Shown: positions 23,791 through 37,087 of the stretch, piece after piece | How positions within the stretch are numbered: the first letter of the stretch is position 1 | Layout of the letters: the number at the start of each line of letters is the position of its first letter | Assembly (NCBI GenBank): GCA_964016885.1 | Contig: OZ024762.1 | Location: 18,228,001-18,292,000, forward strand | Length of the DNA: 64,000 bases | Direction: 5' to 3' | Origin: Eledone cirrhosa | Taxonomy: Eukaryota | Program-made: the position numbers and the translations under genes | Notes under the pieces: generated by a model | What the model saw: only the letters and a program-made list of their open reading frames with translations | Database searches by the model: none | What the model was told of the DNA's origin: nothing

Positions 23791-25006
23791 TAAATTTTTC
23801 TCTAATTTGGTAGTTTAAGAAATCGAAAAAAAAAACAAAAATCAAAAACTCTTAGAGGGAAACTCTATCGCCCCTAGTTTGTGGTGTGTACGTGTTTTCT
23901 TTATCTTTAAATATAATTCTGAAAAAAAAAAAATTAATAAATTCTGTTTATTTGTATGTATTCTATTAAACATTTATAAATTCGATAAAGAAATATTCCA
24001 ATGTCTTACACATAATGTTGACTTCTTCATGGACCCATAACTCACGAGGGAGTTGTAGGGACGCCATATTGACATACGGCGTTCCTTGGGGCATTTTAAA
24101 ACCAGCCGGAGCACATCCTCTCTCCTGGCCTCAGTACAGATGTCTTTCAGAGAAAGATAGAGAGTGTGAGAGAAAGAATCTACCCAGTAGTAGACTGGTA
24201 CTTTTTTTTTTATTGACTTTTAATGGAGGAAAGGCAACGTTGACCTCAGTTGGATTTGAACTGAGAGCAGAGAGTTAGAACAAATACCGCAAAGCACACT
24301 ATCTGACATTCCAACGATTCTACCACTTCACCGCCATAACTGTTGACTAGGGGTACTTATATCAAGTACTTTTACTTATCCCAGAACTCAGGGATGAAAT
24401 GAACCCCCCCCCCCTCCTAGGATCCTGAGATAAAATAAATTATGTGAATGTTTTAAAATCTATCTAAGCTGGCAGCCAGGTCGTCCATCTGTGTTTATGT
24501 GTGCCCTCCAAAGCACTCTTTTTATCATCAGTGATCTAAGCTCTTTATTACCCCTCTAGTATCTTCCAACAAGTTACCAATGTAATTTCTTTTCCTTCTA
24601 TCCCTGTCTGTATATCCATCTGATGGTTCCCACAAAGCATGATCATGGCAACTTGAGCAGGATTCTACAATTTATTGTACTTTATTTCAAATTGGTCCAG
24701 TCCATTAAACTGAAGGAAAAAAAAAAAAAAAAAAAAAATGTGTTGCATCTGTAATTCAAAGGGGCAGCCTTGTCTCATCCCGTGTCAAGCTGAATCTCCT
24801 TGAAAATTACATTAAGGGCACATACGACTGAGGAATGCCCAGCCACTTGCATGTAACTTCACAAGTAAGCTATTCTGTTGATCATACAACTGGAGCCCTT
24901 ATCATCGTTGAGACCAGCAGAGGTCTAACATACACACACATTATCAATAAACTGAATCTGTTTCATCAGAGATTCCTTAAACATATTAGTGAGTCATGCT
25001 CTACAT

Positions 25007-25251
25007 CAGTCATGGGCAACCTGCGGTCCACGAAGCTTTCTGAATTTATCTTTCAGTCGTAATTTATCTTTCTATTATTTTTAGGATCGAGAAAAACAAC
25101 GTGTACGAATTCTGAAGAAACAAATCAAAACAACCTGAGTTACCGCCCCTTTTTTTTTATGTGAGCACCAATGTAAACTAGCTCTTGCAGCCGCCTGATG
25201 ATGAGCCATATCTCATGCGACCCACTTCTCGAAAAGGGTTGCTCATGCATG
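25007..25251. mobile_element. hAT (Buster-type) MITE
   Basis: TIRs cagtcatgggcaacc and ggttgctcatgcatg. 8-bp TSD ctctacat at 24999-25006 and 25252-25259 (nnnTAnnn). Confidence 0.7.
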
Positions 25252-25759
25252 CTCTACATCTTTCTACTTTTCCTATTTTATCCCCCCCCCCATAAATATT
25301 TTGAGTCAATCTTTACCATCTCACCCTGCACACTATTTTCCTAATAATTTAAAACTTATTAAATATTTATATAAAGCAATAAGAAAATGAAGAATAGAAG
25401 AAAAAAGACATAAAATTAAAGAAATTAAACAACGAAAAGAAAGGAAGAGGGAGGGACAGACACGAGACTCCAGCTTGGCCAGAATCTCTACTGCATCCTG
25501 CTATTTTTTTTCTAATATCTTGTAAGTTTGTAACTTCTTTTCTAACAGGAGGAAGGTAACAAACCAACAAAGTTCTTAGGACGTCAGACTACCTTGGTAT
25601 TTGTTCAGATTCACTGCACTGAATCTTCCTGAGAATTACATTAATGGTAACTGTGTCACTGGAATGCTCGGCCACTAACATGTTAATTTCATGAGCGGGC
25701 TATTGAACTGACAGAGTTGAAATCCTGTTGAGGTCAAATTTGTCTTTCATTCTTCCAGA

Positions 25760-26540
25760 ATCATCGTTTTTACGTCTGCTTTTCCATGCTTGCATGGGTT
25801 GGACAGGTCCTTCTCAGCACGACATCTCTCCACTTGTCTCATTTCTTTGCCATCTGCTCTGCCGCTCTCACAACCTCTGCCCAGGTCGTTCTTGGTCGTC
25901 CTCTATCGTGGTTTCCTTCCACTAGGATTTACTGGCATTTCTTCACCCATCAGTCATCTCTCTTGCTCACTGTCTCGGATTTCCCTTAAGCCCAGCTTCT
26001 CTTTCAGCTCATCCAAGCTCTGTCTTTCTCTCACATTTTCATTGCACATCCAATGAAACATGGTTGCTTCATTTCTCTCCAGTTTACCCATGTCTTCTGC
26101 AGTTACAGCCCATGTTTCACTACCATGTAGCACCACATGTCCTCTGCAGTCACAGCCCATGTTTCACTACCATGTAGCACCACATGTCCTCTGCAGTCAC
26201 AGCCCATGTTTCACTACCATGTAGCACCACATGTCCTCTGCAGTCACAGCCCATGTTTCACTACCATGTAGCACCACATTTCCTCTGCAGTCACAGCCCA
26301 TGTTTCACTACCATGTAGCACCACATTTCCTCTGCAGTCACAGCCCATGTTTCACTACCATGCATCATTGCGCACCACACACAGGCTTCATACAGCCTTC
26401 CTTTTGTACATAGAGAGAAACCTTTTGTTGTCAGCAGTGGGAGCAGTTGTCTAAACTTCTTCCATCTTATCCTTATTCTAGCTATTATACTTTCAGCGCA
26501 CCCTTCCCCACTGCTCGTTAGGTCACCTAAATAGCAGCAG
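25760..26540 (-). mobile_element. Degraded RTE LINE 3' fragment with internal 47-bp tandem amplification
   Basis: LHGSETWAVTAEDMGKLERNEATMFHWMCN parallels the intact ORF C-terminus. 47-bp unit x ~5 at 26111-26360. Confidence 0.8.
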
Positions 26541-27639
26541 CTACCATCATCATCATCGTTTAACGTCCATCTTCCATGCTAGCATGGGTTAGACGGTTTT
26601 GTTCCATATGACGCAGGGTTAGTCGGGAGACCATGTCTCGCTTGTACGGAAATGTCTGGCAGGTTTTCTATGGTTGGATGCCCTTCCTAACACCAACCAC
26701 TTTTACAGCGTGGGAGCCTTTTTTTACTGTGTCTCCTACACGACCACTTTACAGTGTGGACTGGGTGCTTTTTTTTGTGTCAAATAAAATACCAGTTCCA
26801 TACTGAGGTTGGTTCTTCTTTCTCCCTGGAAGAAATTAGATTATTGTTTTACATACTCCTTTCCATGCTTGGATGTGTTGGACAGCGGTTTTCTAATTAC
26901 TACTTGCTTCCCCTTGTTGTGTTCTCTTGTTATCTCCTCAATGAGAAGATCAGGTTTCACCTCAACCCAAGACTTTCTCGGTCTTCCTCTATTACAGCTT
27001 CCTTCCACTGGCACTTCTTCACCAAATGGACACCATCCATATACAACACATGCCCATACTAGCAGTCTTTTACACACACACAAACAAAATGAAAAAACAA
27101 ACAAAACAAACAAAACAAAACAAGAAAACAGAAAAAAAAAATTCAAATCTTTTTTTTTTTTCAACAAGAAATTAATATTTTATTTTATTTCATTTTTTTT
27201 TTTCAAATTGCTTTTATTTATTTTTTTTTTCCATTTTGTAAACATTCCCCTCAGCCCTCACCCGTCCCCTCCATGTAAATACACACTTTCAACCCTTTCT
27301 CTTCACTGCCTTTCTTCCATTCTATTTTTAAAAAAATTGTCAAAATCTCACACATTCTATATATATTTTTTTGTAATTTTTTTTTTTTATAGCAGTGTAC
27401 CATTTCTTCATAATGGTCCACCAATCATCTCATCGTCGTCATCATCATCATCGACATTGTAATAATTAGTTTCGTTCGTGTCTGTTCGTTTTTTTCTTTT
27501 AATTTTTTTTTTTTAGTTTTGTTTGTGAAAAAAAACAAAAAAAAACACCTAATAAAACAACAACAAAAACAACAACAGAAACAGAGAAAAGCGTTGAAAA
27601 TTAAATAAACTAACGGTTTATACATGCATATGTATATAC

Positions 27640-28085
27640 ATATACACATATATTATATGTACATATATGCTATATATATACATATATAAATTGTATATAT
27701 ATATATATAATGTATATGTATCCATTATATATATATATATGATATATATATGTACATATGCATTATATATATATATTCAGATATGAATATCAACAATTTG
27801 TTTTTTTCCATGTGTGTGTATATGAATGTGTGTGTGTTCCGATATGGATATTAACATTTTCTGTCTTTCCCCCAACGTGGTGTATGTATTTATGTGTACC
27901 AGTGTGAATGTGTACATATATGTGTATGTATATATATACATACATACACACAAATATATATATATATATATATATACACACGCACACACACATTCACACT
28001 GTTATATATATATACACCCACAATCACACTGTTATATATATATATATATAATATACATATATGACTTTATATATATAAAGACATT

Positions 28086-28137
<52 letters not shown>

Positions 28138-28194
28138 ATCACACTGTTATATATATATATAATATACATATGACTTTATATATATAAAGATATT

Positions 28195-28240
<46 letters not shown>

Positions 28241-28735
28241 ACCAGTTATATATATATATATAATATACATATATGACTTTATATATATAAAGACATTTAT
28301 ATATATAAATATATATATATATATATTTATACACACACACAATCACACTGTTATATATATATATAATATACATATATGACTTTATATATATAAAGACATT
28401 TATATATATATAAATATATAAATATATATATATATATATTTATACACACACACAATCACACTGTTATATATATATATATATAATATACATATATGACTTT
28501 ATATATATAAAGACATTTATATATATATAAATATATATATATATACACACACACACAATCACACTGTTATATATATATATATATAATATACATATATGAC
28601 TTTATATATATAAAGACATTTATATATATATAAATATATAAATATATATATATATATATTTATACACACACACAATCACACTGTTATATATATATATATA
28701 TAATATACATATGACTTTATATATATAAAGATATT

Positions 28736-28767
<32 letters not shown>

Positions 28768-28845
28768 CACACGCAACCACAGTTATATATATATATATAA
28801 TATACATATATGACTTTATATATATAAAGACATTTATATATATAA

Positions 28846-28884
<39 letters not shown>

Positions 28885-29146
28885 ATCACACTGTTATATA
28901 TATATATATATAATATACATATGACTTTATATATATAAAGATATTTATATATACACACGCACACACAACCACAGTTATATATATATATATAATATACATA
29001 TATGACTTTATATATATAAAGACATTTATATATATAAATATATAAATATATATATATATACACACACACACAATCACACTGTTATATATATATATATATA
29101 ATATACATATATGACTTTATATATATAAAGACATTTATATACATAT

Positions 29147-29193
<47 letters not shown>

Positions 29194-29215
29194 TATATAT
29201 ATATACACACACATA
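27640..29215. repeat. Complex (TA)n/(CA)n minisatellite
   Basis: Recurring caatcacactgttat...taatatacatatatgactttat...aaagacattt units separated by TA/CA runs. Confidence 0.9.
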
Positions 29216-29227
29216 TAATTGTTTGCT

Positions 29228-30286
29228 TTACCTTACTCCATCCTGGAACTGACCAGATATGTAATTTTCTGGACAAACAACATCACTAAAGTCCGTATCT
29301 TGTTCAGTATCATCGTCAGCAAATCGGTTGTCATCGATGTATTCGCAGACCACCGCTGATGGGTTTACCTCACACTGGTCAGCTTGCCGGTCAAGCCGAA
29401 CGCTGGCCTCTTCAATGGCAGGAATATGGTCGACCAGCAGTGTGTATTGCTCGTCATAGTCCTCACAGTTGTCATCAAAGAAGTTCTCGTTGTCCGAATG
29501 TTCCCGGTCTGAATCATCGTCGTCGAGGACAAACGCATTTTCAAACGAGGTCCTTCGGTTGTTCCGATCGAGGTGATGTTGCTGGCTGTTACCATCAACA
29601 GCAACACCACCAACACCAACGCCAACGCCAACACCATTACTGCTATTGTTGAAATACACATGAGGTGCGGGTCTATCTCGTCCCACGACATATTCAAAGT
29701 TCTCATGTCCACTGTCGTCATCATCGTCATCGTCATCGTCCTCTTCTTCTTCTTCATCAGAGTTACTTTCAACGTTGTTATCCCCCCTGTTGTCAAGCTC
29801 CGCCCCGTTCACATTGTCCTCCAACTCCTCTATTTCTGTGTTGTCCACCACCATAGCTGCTGCAGCAGATGCAGCCGCTGCTGCCGCCGCTAGCCGATAC
29901 TGGTTGCGATGATTGTCTGTCTGGCGGCTGATGGCATCGTCGTAGCAGTGCTCCATGTCGGGGTTCTCCATTTCATCGTCTTCGTCATCGTCGTCGTCAT
30001 AAGAATCCCCCCCGTCGGTGTCACCGTCGTAGTCCCACTCGCCAAGCTCCTGTGCAATCCTGCGGTACCGAGTCTCCTGCAGGACGCCCTTCGCTCGTCG
30101 AGTTTTTGGATGGTCAGGCCCCAAGATCTCTTCGCTGACCCTAGCCCACTTCTTGAAGTACTCGTATGCCTTTCGATACTCTTTGTTGTCTTCGTAGACA
30201 ATCCCAATGTTGATGTAAAGTCTCGACGCCAGAATGTGGTACTCCCCGTACATTTGCATACACAGATCCATCGCTTGGTTGTACAA
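29228..30286 (-). CDS. STAND gene last exon: kinesin-light-chain-type TPR plus acidic low-complexity tail
   Basis: [50 protein letters not shown]; acceptor ttcag at 30288-30287; TAA at 29230-29228. Confidence 0.9.
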   Translation of the reverse strand: MYNQAMDLCMQMYGEYHILASRLYINIGIVYEDNKEYRKAYEYFKKWARVSEEILGPDHPKTRRAKGVLQETRYRRIAQELGEWDYDGDTDGGDSYDDDDDEDDEMENPDMEHCYDDAISRQTDNHRNQYRLAAAAAAASAAAAMVVDNTEIEELEDNVNGAELDNRGDNNVESNSDEEEEEDDDDDDDDDSGHENFEYVVGRDRPAPHVYFNNSSNGVGVGVGVGGVAVDGNSQQHHLDRNNRRTSFENAFVLDDDDSDREHSDNENFFDDNCEDYDEQYTLLVDHIPAIEEASVRLDRQADQCEVNPSAVVCEYIDDNRFADDDTEQDTDFSDVVCPENYISGQFQDGVR

Positions 30287-33200
30287 CTGAAACAAGACAC
30301 AAAAATAAACATTAATAGATTGAAACATATATCTGCCTGTCTCTCTCTCTCTCACTCTGTGTCTCTGTGTCTGTCTCTGTGTCTGTGTGTCTGTGTCTGT
30401 GTCTGTGTCTGTGTCTGTGTCTGTGTCTGTGTCTGTGTCTGTGTCTATGTCTATGTCTATGTCTGTGTCTATGTCTATGTCTATGTCTATGTCTGTGTCT
30501 ATGTCTGTGTCTATGTCTGTGTCTATGTCTGTGTCTATGTCTGTGTCTATGTCTGTGTCTATGTCTGTGTCTATGTCTGTGTCTATGTCTGTGTCTATGT
30601 CTGTGTCTATGTCTGTGTCTATGTCTATGTCTATGTCTATGTCTGTGTCTGTGTCTATGTCTGTGTCTATGTCTGTGTCTATGTCTGTGTCTATGTCTGT
30701 GTCTATGTCTGTGTCTATGTCTGTGTCTATGTCTGTGTCTATGTCTGTGTCTATGTCTGTGTCTATGTCTGTGTCTATGTCTGTGTCTATGTCTGTGTCT
30801 ATGTCTGTGTCTATGTCTGTGTCTGTGTCTGTGTCTATGTCTATGTCTGTGTCTATGTCTGTGTCTATGTCTATGTCTGTGTCTATGTCTGTGTCTATGT
30901 CTGTGTCTATGTCTGTGTCTATGTCTGTGTCTATGTCTGTGTCTATGTCTGTGTCTATGTCTGTGTCTATGTCTGTGTCTATGTCTGTGTCTATGTCTAT
31001 GTCTGTGTCTATGTCTGTGTCTGTGTCTATGTCTGTGTCTGTGTCTGTGTCTGTGTCTGTGTCTATGTCTGTGTCTATGTCTGTGTCTATGTCTATGTCT
31101 GTGTCTATGTCTGTGTCTATGTCTGTGTCTATGTCTGTGTCTGTGTCTGTGTCTGTGTCTGTGTCTGTGTCTATGTCTGTGTCTATGTCTATGTCTGTGT
31201 CTATGTCTGTGTCTATGTCTGTGTCTGTGTCTGTGTCTGTGTCTATGTCTATGTCTATGTCTGTGTCTATGTCTATGTCTGTGTCTATGTCTGTGTCTAT
31301 GTCTGTGTCTATGTCTGTGTCTATGTCTGTGTCTATGTCTGTGTCTATGTCTGTGTCTATGTCTGTGTCTGTGTCTGTGTCTGTGTCTATGTCTGTGTCT
31401 ATGTCTGTGTCTATGTCTGTGTCTATGTCTGTGTCTATGTCTGTGTCTATGTCTGTGTCTATGTCTGTGTCTATGTCTGTGTCTGTGTCTATGTCTGTGT
31501 CTGTGTCTATGTCTGTGTCTATGTCTGTGTCTATGTCTGTGTCTATGTCTATGTCTGTGTCTATGTCTGTGTCTATGTCTGTGTCTATGTCTGTGTCTAT
31601 GTCTGTGTCTATGTCTGTGTCTATGTCTGTGTCTATGTCTGTGTCTATGTCTGTGTCTATGTCTGTGTCTGTGTCTGTGTCTGTGTCTGTGTCTGTGTCT
31701 GTGTCTATGTCTGTGTCTATGTCTGTGTCTATGTCTGTGTCTATGTCTGTGTCTATGTCTGTGTCTATGTCTGTGTCTATGTCTGTGTCTATGTCTGTGT
31801 CTGTGTCTGTGTCTGTGTCTATGTCTGTGTCTATGTCTGTGTCTATGTCTGTGTCTATGTCTGTGTCTATGTCTGTGTCTGTGTCTATGTCTGTGTCTAT
31901 GTCTGTGTCTGTGTCTGTGTCTATGTCTGTGTCTATGTCTATGTCTATGTCTGTGTCTGTGTCTATGTCTATGTCTGCCTGCCTGTCTGTCTGTCTGTCT
32001 GTCTGTGTGTGTCTGTGTCTGTGTGTGTATCATCATCCATTTTCCATGATAGCATGGGTTAGACAGGGTTGTCCCATTAGAAGCAAGTCAGGTCAGGTGA
32101 CCATGTCTTGCTCATATAGAACTGTTTCTATGGCTGGATGCCCTTCGTAATGCCAACCACATTTACAGTGTGGGCTGGGCGTTTTTTGTCATGATATCTA
32201 CATGACCACTTTATAGAGTGGGCTGGGTGCTTTGTGTTGTGATACCTACACAACCACTTTATGTATATATATATGTAGATGAGTACTGACTTGATCTGTG
32301 ATGACCCATCCAACCCCTGCTAATATATGCAAGGAAGATGCAGGCTCCCTTCTAAGAGAGGTCAATAGCCCCACTTGTGTACAGACTTCATCTGTGATGA
32401 CACAGGCTCCCTTCTAAGAGAGGTCAATAGCCCCACTTGTGTACAGATTTCATCTGTGATAACCCATCCAACCCTTGCTAACAAAGAGAACAAACATTAA
32501 GTGATGATGATGTTGATGAGTTAGTGAAATACTTACTTTCAGTTGTTCCATGCTACCACGTGTTGCTAGTACCCCTTTAGTCATTAAAGCTTCTGCATAG
32601 TGACCTATGTCATTCAACTGCAACAAAATCAAAGGCATTAAATTCTTCTGTGACCTTATTTCTAATGGAAGTATATTTAGAATGCAGTGAGTGAAGTTTG
32701 AAATTGATATAGAAATAGAAGCTTCACTGTAATACATAATATAATGGGATGTTTAACCCTTTAGCATTTACATTACTCTATATATACTATTTACTTTCAC
32801 GGTAAAGACTTTACCTCACATAATATCGAATCTATGAGATTTTGATATTATTTATTTTGAGAACAACACCTTAACATTAGTATGAGTGGCCAGTTATGGC
32901 ATTTTCGAATAGAAAGAGGTGAGAGAATTCTGGCCAGATACGGCTGGTTCAAATGCCAAAGGGTTAAATCCACTAAATGGAAAAAGATGCCCAAGCTTCT
33001 CCATCAATTCCATATTTCTAATCTTTAGGAAAGTTTTTTATACAGAGAAAGCATGATTGAAATATGAAAATGTCGTCATATTTTTCGCTAGAGATAAAGT
33101 GAGTAACTCAGAGATGAGAGAGTCAATTCAGGTAAAGCTGCTATTTCTCAGAATTGAAAGATCATAGCTCTGATACTACAGCCATGTTATTAGAATGTCT

Positions 33201-36200
33201 CGGGAAAGAATCTTTGGACAGAGCTAAAGAAAGCAGTAGGGGACCCAGGTGTAGATCCTGAACAAGATGGTTGGGAATACAGACGGATCAATCAGAGATG
33301 GTTGTTTCTGTTTGAGGACTCTGACCCCACAACCCTCTCAGGAATAAGTGAGAGAAGAAGGAGACAGCTTTGTATCTGCAAGCCATGGGACAGTTTGTTA
33401 AGAAAAGAGTTAATTGGTAATGATGGTGATGGTGATAATGATGTGATGATGGTGATGGTGATAATGATATGGTGATGGTGATAATGATGATGGCAATTAT
33501 GTGGTGGTGGTGATGGTGATGTGTGGTGGTGATGGTGATGATAATGATGGCGCTAATGATGATGGCAATTATGATGTGGTGGTGGTGGTGATGATGGTGA
33601 TAATGATGTGATGATGGTGATAATGATATGGTGATGGTGATAATGATGATGGCAATTTTGTGGTGGTGATGATGGTGATGGTGATGTGTGATGGCAATGA
33701 TGGTGATAATGATGGCGCTAATGATGGCAATTATGATGTGGTGATGATGATGGTGATGGTGATGGTGATGATGGTGATGATGATGATGTGTGATGGCAAT
33801 GATGATGATGATGATGATGATGATAATGATGGCGTTGATAATGTATGATGCCTGATGACAATGATACATACCTCTTGGAATATCTTTATGGCCACATCAA
33901 TACAACGGTTGCCCTCAGCTAATGCTTCACTTCCAGGCAATTCGGTGTTACCACCACATGCTTCCCAACTTTCCATGTTGAAGGCTAGCTTCATAAGGCT
34001 CATCCCTAGCTTAAACTGAAACAAATAATAATAACAATGCTTTCAACTATAGGTACAGGGCCAACAAATTTTAGGGAAAGGGAAAGATGATTAAATCGAC
34101 CCCAGTGAATTACTGGTGCTTTATTTTATTGACCCCGTAAGGATGAAATGCTAATCTCAGTGGGATTTGAAATCAGAATGTAAAGAGACGTAACTCTATG
34201 CTGCAAAGCATGTTGTTGTTGTCCAACACTCTACCAATACTGCTAAATAATAATGGTTTCTGGTTTAGGTACAAGGCCAACAATTCTTTTGGGAGGGAAG
34301 TCGTAAGGATGAAATGCAAAGCTAACCTCGGCAGGATTTGAACTCAGAATGTAAAGGGACGTAACTATGCTGCAAAACGTGATCTGACGTTCCACCAATG
34401 CTGCTAATCCACCACCCTCCTTCATAGTAGTAATAATAATAATAGTTTCTTTATTACCCACAAGGCCTCATTGATTAACTCTCTATTTAATGTCTTAACA
34501 TTCTGTAATGATTTACAGAAAATATCTAAAAAAAACTGGTTTGTTACTCCAAATGTTTATAATATCTTTTACTAGTAGACTGACTGTTGTGAAAATTTAC
34601 AGTATTAAAGTAAAGACTAATTTTTAATGTGATGTAGTCAATGTTGTGTTGTTCTTTTCAAGAATGTTTTACTAATGTGGCTTGTTAATTCAAGTATTCA
34701 GTCCAATGAAGATCATTTATTTACCTTATGGTAGCGACCACTGAGTTTTTTCCGCAATGCTATGGCTTTCTTGCCATAAGAGATGGCTTTCCTCAGATCA
34801 GGAAGCTGGCTCGGAGACACAAAATCATTGAGTTTCAATTTCTGGAAAGAAAAGAGAAATTCGTTAAATTAATTTTAAAAAAATCATATAGTTGGTAGTA
34901 ATGAAATAAACTTTTTCCAATACTGGGAAGAATCCATAGAAGTAGTTGATAGTTTCTGCTACTTAAATGATCTAACAGTGGATGCGGTTCCTCTGAGAGC
35001 ATAGTAGCTAGAAGAAAAAAAAACAGGAGCTACTAACTCAATGAAATGCTTCTTTCTCTCTACCAATGAAAAGTCAGCTATATGATGTTTGTGTGCATTG
35101 TGTGATGCGCTGGTGCCATGAAAAGTGTACCCAGTACACTTTCCAGCATGGTTTGACAAGAATTTATTGCAAAACCAGTACTAGAACATTTAACGACACA
35201 CAGAAGCTAGACTGGTTAGGTGAATATGTTTTGCTCATACACTCTATGGCTGGATAGCCTTCCTTCCCTTCCTAACACAAACAAGTTAACAGCATGTACT
35301 ATATATATATATATAATGAAGGAGGTGTGGTAAGGAACCTTATGGACCATAACGCACCAGAGTACTCAATACTTAGGGTAGTAGAGTGGGTAATAGGAAA
35401 ATGTTTAACCCCGATGGCAGAGCTCAGGCAGGCCCTTTCGACAGCTATTTCTGGACTCAAATAGCTGTTGAAACAGCTTGAGCTCTGTCGTCGGGGTTAA
35501 ACATTTTCCTATATATATATATATATATAATAATTTTCTACTTTAGGCACAAGGCCAGCAATTACCCAGTGCATTACTGGTACTTTATTTTATCGAATAT
35601 AATAATAACTAACAAATAGTTTATCGCTCTACATGGCTGAATACAATAAATGTAATCTGAGTTTTTCAAATATTAATAATATTTGATTCGTTTGCAATTA
35701 TGCAAACAGCCTCTTTAAAGCCATGTCAGTAGAATGATCCCCGTCATTCTTGCTCTTGTGTTGGCATGTAAACAGAACCGCAGACACTAATGTTTCTGGG
35801 TGATTACCCTTCATCAGTACAGTATACTGCTTACCTGTCAACTGTCAGAACTAATATGCAAATCAGGCCGATCAGTCACTGTATATTTTAGAAAATATCA
35901 TATTTTCACTAAATAGTGAGTCTTGTTACTCTGGAGTTTCGCCTGTTTATCACAGGGTCGTCTGATGACCTTATGATAAACAGGCAAAATTCCAGAGTAA
36001 CAAGACTCACTATTTAGTTTTAATAAAATGAATCCCACACTGTAAAGTGGTTGTGTTGGAGTCATGACAAAAAGCACCCAGCCGTCACTGTAAATGTGGT
36101 TGGTGTTAGGAAGGGCATCCAGCTGTAGAAATCTAGCCAGAAAGTCCTATATGAGCAAGATACGGTCACCTGACCCAACTTGCCTCTAATGCCAGTGTGA

Positions 36201-37056
36201 AAAATGGATGTTAAACAATGATGAGACAGAGAGAGAGAGAAGTAGGACAACAACAAACCTCATCATAAATCTCAGCCATTAGTGCATACAACTCAACCAT
36301 ACGATGGTTGCGTGCACCCAATTCTTTCTCTTCAATCTTCATAGCAGTTTTCAGCAATTCCAGGGCTTCGTGGTTTTTACCAGCTTGAATCCTGGACAAG
36401 TAATAAATAAATAAATGACATGAATAATATATTAAAAAAATTTATGAAGTATTGGGAAATTTGAAATTACATTCACCGTCATACAGGTAACTATGAATAA
36501 TAATAATAATCCTCCTTCTCACCATTATTCCTATGAAGGTTGTGAGAACAGAATCCTCAGACATGCCTTCCAGAGGGTCCCATTGGAAGCAACCATCCCC
36601 ACACAAGACCAACTAAGTTTATGGATGTTATTCAACCGTTTTGCTAGTGATTTGCTTTTAGGTCTTCTGCTGTTTGGCTTTTTGCCCATAAAATCTGTCC
36701 AGCAATTCTTTCTTAGACATTCTAACCATATGTTTGTAGTAGCAGAGCTGCGATCTCTTGATGCAGAGAAGTAATGGCTCTATATGGAGCTACTTTCTGA
36801 TCTCCAAGTTGTGCACCCTGTTGTATAGCCTTACTCCAACATTGGTGCCATACTCCACAAAGAGTACATATTGTCACCTTTCCTGTTTACATTCTCCATA
36901 AACCAGATTAATATATGATCTCATGCTCCACCAAGAACATTTTACCATGGCACCAACACTAAGGAAGTTGTTATGGCTTTAATATAGCTAAACAGTTTTC
37001 CCGACCCTTTATTTAGCAGGGTTTCTATGGCTGCATGCCCTTCCTATCACTATATA

Positions 37057-37087
<31 letters not shown>

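Noticed and set aside
29909-32150. 560-717-aa ORFs (poly-HR, CL, SV, VY)
   Set aside because: Translations of a stop-free hexamer microsatellite.
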